Shown here: positions 11,097 through 20,000 of the stretch, one piece after another
How positions within the stretch are numbered: the first letter of the stretch is position 1
Layout of the letters: each line of letters begins with the position of its first letter
Source: Toensbergia leucococca
Lineage: Eukaryota
Assembly (NCBI GenBank): GCA_022813965.1
Contig: JALDZS010000119.1
Location: 54,709 to 74,708, forward strand
Length of the DNA stretch: 20,000 nt
Direction of reading: 5' to 3'
Notes under the pieces: generated by a model
Told to the model about the DNA's origin: nothing
What the model saw: the letters and a program-made list of their open reading frames with translations, nothing else
Database searches by the model: none
Position numbers and translations under genes: made by a program

Positions 11097-12150
11097 ATGG
11101 CCAGTGAACAGGATTGGAGTCGACGTGCTGCGTCTAGTTCCAAGAGATGGCTGTCCTGGCGACTCATCATTATCGTGCTTGCCCTCTACCTAATAACAAC
11201 TTTCTTCGGCTTTCGAGATATCTCCAGCAGTAACGCCGCCGTCGTGAAACTGCCAACAACCAGCCCCTGTCCCAAAGCCAACTCAGACCCTCCCCTCGCA
11301 ACTGGTAAGTCAACATGTCTGTTCCAAAATTCTGCAGGCTCAAATCTAAAATGGGACAGATTTGCCCCGCAAGATATGGCAGACCTCAAAGATCCCAACC
11401 ATATCGCTAGACGATGACGACAAACGTGTAGTCCAGACCTGGCTCGACAGAAACCCCGAATACAGGCACGAGATCCTCACAGCCGGCGCATCCGACACCT
11501 TCGTCCAAGACCGCTACGCCAGCACCCCCGAAATCCAAGAAATATTCCTACAACTCCGCGACCCAATCCTGCGCGCAGACCTGATCCGCTACCTGGTCCT
11601 CTCCGCCGACGGCGGCATCTACAACGACATCGACGTCCAATGCCTCCAACCCATCGAGAACTGGGGTCTTCCAAAAGAGCAGACGGACAAAGCAAGCGTG
11701 ATCGTCGGCATCGAAGTCGACCGGAAACTCGAAGACGGATCCTGGAGGCTGGGCTTCTGCAGCTGGACCATCATGGCGAAGCCGAATCACCCGGCCATCA
11801 ACGCAAGCGTGAGCTGGGTCCTCAACAACCTGAAAGCCCTCGCCGCGGCTCAAAAAACGTCCATTGGCGGCATCAAAGCCTCACGCGAGGACGTCATCGC
11901 CACGACCGGCCCGCGCGCATTCTCGCAGTCGCTTTACGCCTTCATGTCTCAATCCACCGGCACGAAGGTCTCCTATCTCAATTTTACAGGGCTGGTGGAA
12001 CCGAAGCTCGTTGCTGGCGTGCTGGTCCTTCCGATCAATAGCTTCGGCTCCGGGCAGGCGCACTCTGGGAGTGGGAGTCCCCAGGATGAGTCGGCGCTGG
12101 TGCAGCATTTGTGGAAGGGTTCGTGGAAACCGTCGCATCCCGATCAATAG
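11097..12150 (+). CDS. Glycosyltransferase family 32, Och1/Hoc1-like alpha-1,6-mannosyltransferase, about 332 aa, 2 exons
   Basis: Exons 11097..11304 and 11360..12150; phase-1 intron 11305-11359 (GTAAGT..CAG). N-terminal TM segment (LIIIVLALYLITTFFGF). Motifs: LPRKIWQT, RADLIRYLVL, GGIYNDIDV (DxD), VIVGIEVD, CSWTIMAKPNHP, TTGP, VQHLWKGSWK. Probably a paralogue rather than the OCH1 orthologue, so no symbol is given. Confidence 0.9.
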
Positions 12151-12750
12151 GGAATGGGCTGCTGCAATCCATGCTTTCTAGAGTAGTAACTATGATACCC
12201 GGCCGGAAAAATGGAGAGATGCGGTTTTGGCGTCTACTTGGGACAGGACTTCCATTTGTCTATACGATGCGTACTACATAGAGAGACATGATACCCCGGC
12301 CAGCAGGAAAACGACCATCTAGAATATTATTCACATAGAGAGCACAATTCCTCAAACTCCAATTCTCAAATCCCCCAAAAGCTCGCTCTACACCCGCCCC
12401 CCTTTCCATCAAGATCTAGATTCCACAAACATGCGGAGCAAAAGTTGCAAAAAATTTCTCAAAGATATAATTCCCTCGCAGGTATATCACGTGTATTAGA
12501 GTACTCAAACTATCGATTCCGTACAAGGAATCTAGATCCAGTAGATTTTTTGAATAGTATCTGACAAAACTCAGCAGCTCGATGCCCGAGTCAGAATGCC
12601 TCCACAAATCGTTGACTCGGGATCAAATGAAAGCCAACAGCTTCCATCAATATTTTCGTTGGCACACAAACTGTAGATCTGCAGGCTTTGGACCCCATGA
12701 AGCGCGGCTCTAGGTATATATATATCCTGTACTTTTGAAAAACGATTCAC

Positions 12751-14127
12751 TTATTTGCAAGAACTAACCGGCTTCCCACTCGCCGCAGCCGTGAACTCGC
12801 AGGCTAGATTCGCCGGGTCGCCGCTGTTCTTCCACAGAGTCAGATTAGCACCCGCCGGTAAAGCGTTCAGGCCCGTGATGCTATAGTCCCTCTTGTGCCT
12901 CAGCTTGCCCATCCAAGAGTTTAATATTCCAGGTACCTTGAGATTCCTCAATCTCTTTCTGCGACCTAGGTACTTGAAGTCGGTTGCAATTAGGACTGCA
13001 GCGTCAGATGGCGCGGCGAAGAAAGCTCGGCCACCTCCAGATGAGAAATATGGCTCTTCGACACAGATTACAAAGAGTGACTGAAACGCAGCCGTGATTT
13101 GTTTCCACGTAACGTTGAGGGCCATGGAGGCAGAAACAGCAAGAGAGCAAGTACCCTGAGTAAAGTACTTTGTTTGTCCAGGACCAAGGCTCACCTCTTC
13201 CTCTGCCCTTCCAAGTCCCTGATACAGCAATAGCTCGCAATCAGTAGCGTTGGGGTTTCCCAAAGTCGCGTCGCAGCGATAAGTCATTTCAGACGGGGCC
13301 ACAGGCGTTGGGTCGTACCAATTCTGAGTGCCATTGGCTTGATCCATGGCCAAGAATCCACGGACCAGCCTATTTGCTAGAGCTCTGAGATATGAATTCG
13401 CTGCTGTTCCCTGATCGTACTGCGACAGCATCCCCATCATCCACTGCGAAAGCTTGAAAGGGATTATATAATCTGTATCGCCTGGAGACTTCATCGTAGT
13501 CATTCGCCCCTTTACGGTAACTGTGACGAAACCGGGATCGCTTCCTGTGCCCGGCGATACTACAGCATTGGCTCAGAACGTGGAATTTGTCAAGCTCTCG
13601 GAATATTAATAGGGAGAAGCTTACGCGGTATCAAAGGTGGATATTTTAGTTCTGAATAAATCCTATTTCGGGCGACCCAATTTACAAAAACAACCATGCT
13701 CTGGGTGATGAAGCCCCCAATGCTTGAGATCGGTCCTGCCGGGCATCGTGTAATGGCTTCTTGAGCGGCAGTGCGGACCCAATTTGGGGCAAGGTAAATT
13801 TGGCTAGGAGGATTACTAGCCGGGGTGGCATATTCAACTTGAATGACACAGGTATCTGTAGAGCTGTCAGTTTTGCGCAGTGTCAAGTAAGAGTTGCTGA
13901 ATCTTACTGTACTCCACAGTCAAAGGGAGATCGGTAGGGGTATTCTGGCCTCGATTGATATAGTATGGTATAAGCCAGTCATCATCAGGAAGGAGATAAT
14001 TGAGTGCCACAGCACAGTCGGTAGGATTGATGTTGTTCCCATACTCGACACCACAGCGACGGATAACGCTGGTGCTCTGAAGGTGTTGCAATAAAGCTGC
14101 TGCAATTTGGGCTTCAGTGGCAGCCAT
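12751..14127 (-). CDS. Uncharacterised secreted-type protein with two related Cys-patterned domains (about 419 aa from ATG 14127; the true start is probably near 14177-14180 via a frameshift)
   Basis: Exons complement(13908..14127, 13625..13855, 12751..13559). Phase-1 introns 13856-13907 (GTAAGA..CTGAC..CAG) and 13560-13624 (GTAAGC..CTGAG..TAG) link three otherwise separate ORFs. Domain 1: CG..YG..INPTDC..TCVI..W..A..I..C..GG. Domain 2: CD..LG.PNATDC..TCSL..W..I..A..C..GG. Confidence 0.75.
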
Positions 14128-14700
14128 GAGGATTGAAAAAAGCAGAATGTCATAGGAGAGAAGGTCAATATCTGCATCATGGATGTAGGCATGGCTGATC
14201 GCATATGATGAAGTCAATCTATATAAGAGCTTCTAGAAGCGCAGGGCGCAGTCGAGGAGTGTTTCTTCGAAGTCTAGCCAGTCCAAATGGATCTGGCTAA
14301 TCTTTCAGAAATGACAAAGAAGCGAAAAAAGTGTTTCAACATGTTTCAGGTACTGACTACCTAGTTACACTCCTTGGCCTGATAGTCATTGATGACTAGA
14401 AAGAGCTGCTCGACAATGTTGAGAGTGTGTATCCGTACCGACAATGGAGCCTTGGAAAAGGACTAGCCTATGTATATTTGCTCGTATTGTATCCGTAAGG
14501 TATTCGAGGATTACGACTAAGATACTCTGTATCAAATCTCTCATCCAAGATTCACACCTTCAATTCACTCCACGCATTATTCGCCTCTGCCATTATGTCA
14601 ATCTACCATTGAAAACGGGGAGTAGAGGAACGCGCCTACTTCCTCTTGCTCTACTCCTCTTCTCTCTCTGGCTCTGATTGTACCGCTTTTGACTACCTAG

Positions 14701-15200
14701 GCTTTCGTTGATGACGGTCGAAGCCTGCCTTCATTGCTCGAAGATAATATTTCACTTGCTGAGCTAAGTTTCTACTTCTACAGCACTGATAAAGAAGCTC
14801 TTAAGCATCAGCATCCAATTCGAACCCCAGTCAGCCCCGAAGAGGAAATGACCAGTCACCGTTTGGTGTGCTAGATCTATCTCCGGCATGACTGCAGTAC
14901 CTGCACATATTGTATCTAGTCTTTTCCACCAATCAGAAGAGCTTAGAGATCTCGATGTCGTCCAGAGATAGCATCTTTCCCTACTACTCAGTCTTTGAGT
15001 CTTCTCTACCAAATACCATATTCTACATTTCGAAAGCATTCCGAATCTCAAGGACAAGTTGCTCAAAGTCAATCAAGTTTAATATTGTCATCAAAGAGAT
15101 CATGGCTAAGCTGAAAAAGGGCGAGCACCAGAACCATCACAAAGAACCCTCCGACGCGGAGACTAAAGCTCACTTTGAAAGCTTGCATGATTGTCCTTGA
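14701..15200 (+). pseudogene. Possible decayed spliced gene relic, family not recognised
   Basis: Branch/acceptor-like sites end at 14700 (TTGAC..CTAG) and 14783 (CTAAG..TACAG). Joining 14701..14716 to 14784 in phase gives protein-like AFVDDALIKKLLSISIQFEPQ..., interrupted by stops at 14849, 14969, 14996 and 15080. A second frame then continues NIVIKEIMAKLKKG.. to 15200. The donor (GTCGAA) is poor and I recognise no homologue. Confidence 0.25.
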
Positions 15201-16300
15201 TACTGCTCTATGGTTATTGGCAGTGAGTTCTATTTCTAGCCCTTACTACCAGTGAATCGGTTCTAGCCGCTTTCAGAATATACCAGTTCCATTCCGACTA
15301 CCGCTGCATTGCTTGAGGTTTCATTCAATCCCAAATTACAGGTACCAGAACGTTAAATTGAATTCTGCCGCTTGTAACCGAAAGCGTCCCTCTGAGGTGA
15401 TAGGAGTCCTATGGTATCACCCTGCATTATTTTCTGAGATGGAAAGCCAAGATCTTGATATCATGTTCCATGTGGCTTCTTCTTCGCTAGAGTTATCTCG
15501 GTAGAGTACCTCAGTACGTACTCGCAGCAGAAAGAGGCCTACCCCATAGACATTTGATTTGAACAGACGGTTCTGAAAGAGAGGACTCGATTATATTACT
15601 GCCTGTACGATGGTCATGGCGAACTCTTATGGTCATGCTTTCGGCGGTATTCGCCTAAGTTAACTTGTGTTGCAGAGCAACATTAGTCATTTACAGTACA
15701 TGAAAAGGCCTAAGTCTCTCAGAAGTGTTGCAAGCTAGTGTCTTAGAATCAATTGCAAGTTCGGCTTCAGACCCCAGGGTTCTGCGATCTCACAGGTTTT
15801 CCGACCAGATTTTGCACCTCACCCGGCAATCGCAGAGGCATAATGACGAAAGAAATACTACCACCGGGATGTTCAAGCAGCTTTACGCAAGCCTGCCGAT
15901 GTTCGAAGCTTGTGGACAACGCCGTAAAGGAGTTCTACTGGATCCCAGAAAACCTACGCAGCCTATCAGAGCAGATTTCCTTGGGAAATGAACAAGTGAT
16001 ACTCACCACCGATGGATCTAGCCAGACATCACTAGCATTGCAAAGTTTTGCTGCAAGTGAAGCACATTCGAAGTGGTACCGTTTAGAAGAGGGCAACCAA
16101 TATACAACCCGGAGTGGCTTCGAACAACCTTGGGTTCCGGAATGAACCAGTTATTTTTGAAGCTTGATGTGATACCGGGACCCTCAATCAAGTCTGCGAA
16201 CACAAAGTCTCGGTGCATCTGGCGTGCAGGAAATTTGCTCCACGGCGCATTATTTGGCTTTCATTCTCTCTTTGATGTCTTGGAAGAAACATATATGAGG

Positions 16301-16331
16301 TATACATATATATATGTATATATATATATAT
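16301..16331. repeat. Interrupted (TA)n microsatellite
   Basis: tatacatatatatatgtatatatatatatat read directly. Confidence 0.9.
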
Positions 16332-17154
16332 GTCTCTGTATTCTGTGGTATGTATACGAGATCCAGAGGGTCATATATCCAACACACGACTCAAGAACAA
16401 AATGATGCAGCTTGTGTAAGTAAATGGCGGACGCTTGTGCACAATTGACAGGAGAAGCAGCTGCAGGGAGCCGAAGCGCAGATGTCGGACTGTGGTGAAG
16501 AGGGGCCAGCGGCATTCATTGGAGATTTGCAATGCCCTGCTTGGGTCGTTGACAATCTTGTCAAACGGCCAAGTGTTTGACTGTCTTTTGGGTGGAAAGT
16601 GCTGCCACATCATAGGTGTTATGTATGTATCATCTTGAGCTGTCCTTTTCAGATACGACGAAGATTTATCCTCCCATTCGGTAATTGGTGAAGGGCTTGT
16701 TCACTCTGCAGCGAGTGAATCGTTACATTCCATCACTGACGGGTACTTAAGTCTGCTGCAACACTCTTCTTTCAATCTCGTTAATTTGCAGCAAGTGCCC
16801 GAGAACAGACTCCTTTCTTGAGGGACATCAAACCTAGCATTGACTTGTATAAAGCAAAGCCGGCATACCGTGCCCACTATACTTCTGTCCATCCAATAAG
16901 GTACTCGTACGCATCTGACCATCTGTTTGGCTTGAGCACGTGATTGCTAAAGCCCTCTTAGCACTCATCTAGAGTCTTCACATCATAAATACTCGCTGAT
17001 CATCTGACAGCCAGTCAAGCATCAGAACAATTGCTTCACTAGACTCCCATTCATCTGAAGCTTACTACTTGCGTTTTGGACAGACAATCTATACCTCCGA
17101 GCACCTTCGACATTCAAATATACCGTCCTTCAACACGAAGAAGAAATTTAGAAG

Positions 17155-18848
17155 ATGGGGTCCATCAGGCAAATTGCTCTCTCTACCACACCTCCCGCTA
17201 CACCGTCAACACCTTCAGCAATGTTGCCATCTCCTCGTCCTCGCTACTTCATTACTCGAAGTGATGGGACCCTTTCTCCTCTAATTGCAGTTGATGAGCT
17301 GCCTTCTTCTGTACGTATTGTTGGCGTACCGGCAATATTATCACCAGCCGAGACTCAAGGGATGATGAGTCTTGGTGTTGAGAATCATAGCCAACACCAT
17401 TACACTGTGGAGAGCCTGGAAATGTCTCTCTTTGCCAAACCTTCTGCTGTCGAAGCCGCTGCCATCAGTAGCCCAGCATTATCGGATCAGAATTATAAAG
17501 CCCCAGATACGAAATTGCTACAGAAGCCTGTTGTCCCAGACGTAGAGAGAGTCGAATCATGGCGGCAAAACGTCAAGTCTATCGACGAGACTCAGGTGAG
17601 TCAATCTTTAGCACATAACCTTACATACATAAATCTGACATCTCCAAGGCCAAGATCGACGCGGTAGTTGCAGCTAGCGAAGTCACAGAGACTAGCCCAG
17701 CTTCTCGTACCAAGAACGCAGCTACCCCCGGAACCTTTGGGAAGAAAGTATATTGCACTCATTGGATCCGTTGGGGCGAATGCGACTATACGCAACAAGG
17801 CTGTCTGTACAAGCACGAAATGCCAGACGAGGAAACTCTTTCCAATATAGGCATCCGAGGAACCCCTCGCTGGTACCGTGACGTCAACGTGCCAAAACCT
17901 ACAGCAAATGGAAAGATCGAGCGAGTAACAGCGACAAACGACCGACCATGGAGAGCCCTATCTGCACAGCCAGCTCGTGCAGTACGCACCCCAGTCGTCG
18001 AACAGCTAGCTTCGCATCCCCCAGCTGCGAGCAAGACGAAAACTCGTGAAAACGGCATCTCCCATGCTGATGCTCCTGCTTCTGTCGCAGCAGCTTCAAG
18101 TCCCGTACCACAGCTCTCTACCTTGCCAAGTAAAGCATTTCACCGCCAGTCCCGTCAGTCAAGTCCCGCATCTCAGCCTCCCAGCGCAGCTCGACTCGCT
18201 ATCACCGCACCTCTACCCCCTACGATCAGCGCCAGCAAAAAAACGCCCGCTCCTCCCGTGCCCAAGCTCGCGCCCGACCTCGAACCAGTCCCCGAGCCCG
18301 CTCCAGTCCACTCGTCTACCCCCTCGCCAGCCACGATACCAGCACCCGCCATCGCTCCCGAACAAGCACCCCCTCCCTCCTCCATCCTTCCCCCTCCGCC
18401 TCCCCCTACCCCAATAACCCTCCCCCTCCTCCTCCCAACCTACCAACCTCTTCTACCAACCCGCGCAACCCCACCTCCCCCCCAACAACCCATCTCCCCC
18501 CCCAACCGCTCCTACCTCTACAACCCAGCTCCACCTCTCCACCGCCGCCTCTTCGTCGGCGCCAGCGAAAGCAGCGACCTGTCTAGCATGCTGGAAAAGT
18601 TTGCCGAGGAGAGGAAAGCGCCAGAGGGCTTAGCGAGGAGTATCTGGAGCGGGAATGGAGTTGGGGGTGGGAGTGGAAATGGGGGTGATGGTGGAGTGAA
18701 GGGCGTTGGGAATGGGGGTGGTAAGGGCGAGGGTGTTGGGGTTGTGAATGGAGCTGGGAATGGGAACGGCAATGGGAGTGGGGAGAGCAAGGGGATTGGG
18801 AAGGACGAGTGGGCTGGGGGACAGTTGGTTGATTTGGGTGGACAGTAG
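17155..18848 (+). CDS. Fungal CCCH (C3H1) zinc-finger protein with Pro-rich and Gly/Asn-rich low-complexity C-terminus, about 546 aa, 2 exons
   Basis: Exons 17155..17595 and 17649..18848; phase-0 intron 17596-17648 (GTGAGT..CTGAC..AAG). The finger is KKVYCTHWIRWGECDYTQQGCLYKHEMP (C-x8-C-x6-C-x3-H, 17754-17816). The N-terminal motif RYFITRSDGTLSPLIAVDELP..VRIVGVP is one I associate with this ascomycete family. Confidence 0.85.
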
Positions 18849-19323
18849 GGTTGGAGTCCTGACTAACGAGAGCGGACAGATAAAAGGGTTGGCTAAGATC
18901 GGATGAATTGCGGAGGCCGGGAAAGATCTCTTTGTTTATTTTTACTTGGACGCATAAATCAGGACCCATCATCTCTTTCTTGTCTTTCTTGATCATGTAA
19001 TTTTTTAAAACTTTCAGGTAGAGCTAGGTAGCTAGGAATCGGATGCGAGGAAAACTTTGACTTTTTTAAAATCTTTCTGGGCCTTTTTTCCTTGTACCAT
19101 ATATTCTAATCTGGCATGTAAGACATGGTTAGTTTTTCCAAGGTAAGGTAACTTACTACTGAGGGTACAAGACCTGGGTTACCTAACCAAATAATGATTT
19201 CTTGAGACCGTGGGTGATGTTGATCTATAAAGAACAACATTGACCTGTGAGCTGGGGGGCAGAGTCTCAGATACATAATCTACCTTCTCCCCCTTACTCA
19301 TCCCTCATCTCTCCCTGACTTTA

Positions 19324-19346
19324 CATCCCCATCCCCATCCCCATCC
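19324..19346. repeat. (CATCCC)n short tandem repeat, about 3.8 units
   Basis: catccccatccccatccccatcc read directly. Confidence 0.85.
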
Positions 19347-19636
19347 TCCATCTCCTCACCAACACCAAAACCCTCTCCCCCCCCTCCCCCTCCACATCTA
19401 CATACCTCATTCACAGACTCAATAGTCTGAAACCTCTCGTCTAATCCATTCACCTCACCTACAAAAAACAAAGCAGGGTAAAGAAAAACAATTAAGAAAA
19501 AAAAAAAATGAATGATTTTAAAGATGAGGCAGATTGTTAAAGATGAGACAGGGTGTTAGAGAAGAGCTGAGTAGTGAGTGAGTGAGTTCACTCAGTCACA
19601 TAACGCCCTTCTCAAAACGCCATATCTTCAATCCCT

Positions 19637-19671
19637 CAGCCCAGCCCAGCCCAGTCCAGCCCAGTCCAGCT
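19637..19671. repeat. (CAGYC)n pentanucleotide tandem repeat, 7 units
   Basis: cagcc cagcc cagcc cagtc cagcc cagtc cagct read directly. Confidence 0.9.
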
Positions 19672-19952
19672 CACCCCCCCATCAACCAAGCACAACCACA
19701 CATCCCATCCCCCAACACCCACCCCCAAACCCCATCCCAACCCAACACTTCCCAAACCCAGCCCCCCCATAACGGGACAGACCTACAACTAACAACCTCT
19801 CATGTGACAAAGATTAGACTGCATTTCCCCTCCCCCCCACTTTAACCTGACGAATAGAGTCCCCCGGGGTGCGTGATGATGCGATCCATACTTTCAAATT
19901 TCCCTCAAGAGATATCTGATGATGGGATTTCCTTTTCTTTTTCCTGCTTTCC

Positions 19953-20000
19953 GGGGGGGGGGGGGGGGATGGGGGGGTTTTTGGAGAGGGGGGGGGGGGG
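19953..20000 (+). repeat. Poly-G tracts (low complexity, G-quadruplex-capable)
   Basis: G runs at about 19953-19968, 19971-19977 and 19988-20000. Confidence 0.85.

Noticed and set aside
16301..16320. 20-bp perfect palindrome TATACATATATATATGTATA
   Set aside because: Largely a trivial consequence of the (TA)n microsatellite.
15725..16405. Overlapping 88-130 aa ORFs in the intergenic gap
   Set aside because: No ATG-led coherent gene model, no recognisable motifs and no consistent splice structure found.
19260..20000. C-rich repeats as telomeric or subtelomeric repeats
   Set aside because: No tandem CCCTAA/TTAGGG arrays; the units are CATCCC and CAGYC.

Overview
Eukaryotic genomic DNA from a filamentous ascomycete (Pezizomycotina), inferred from short 48-65 nt GT..AG introns with CTRAY-like branch points and from the gene families. 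A lichen-forming lineage is plausible but cannot be shown from sequence alone. I reconstructed six spliced genes by hand, and all splice phases are consistent. (1) A CHD/Mi-2-type chromatin remodeller, Mit1 (minus strand, 1305-6155). (2) Head-to-head with it, the mitochondrial rRNA 2'-O-methyltransferase MRM1/PET56 (6554-8433). (3) A GT25-like glycosyltransferase (9418-10582). (4) A GT32 Och1-like mannosyltransferase (11097-12150). (5) A cysteine-patterned, two-domain secreted-type protein (minus strand, 12751-~14180). (6) A CCCH zinc-finger protein with Pro-rich and Gly-rich tails (17155-18848). The window ends in low-complexity DNA. I see no mobile element, CRISPR array, tRNA or rRNA, and I cannot claim a new biological system. 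The best leads are: an accessory-looking glycosyltransferase/secreted-protein islet with signs of decay (EDD>END in GT25, a frameshifted signal peptide, a possible spliced gene relic); a recurrent intergenic 8-mer, TACGAGTA; and a long, structured first intron of mit1 with box C/D-like elements.
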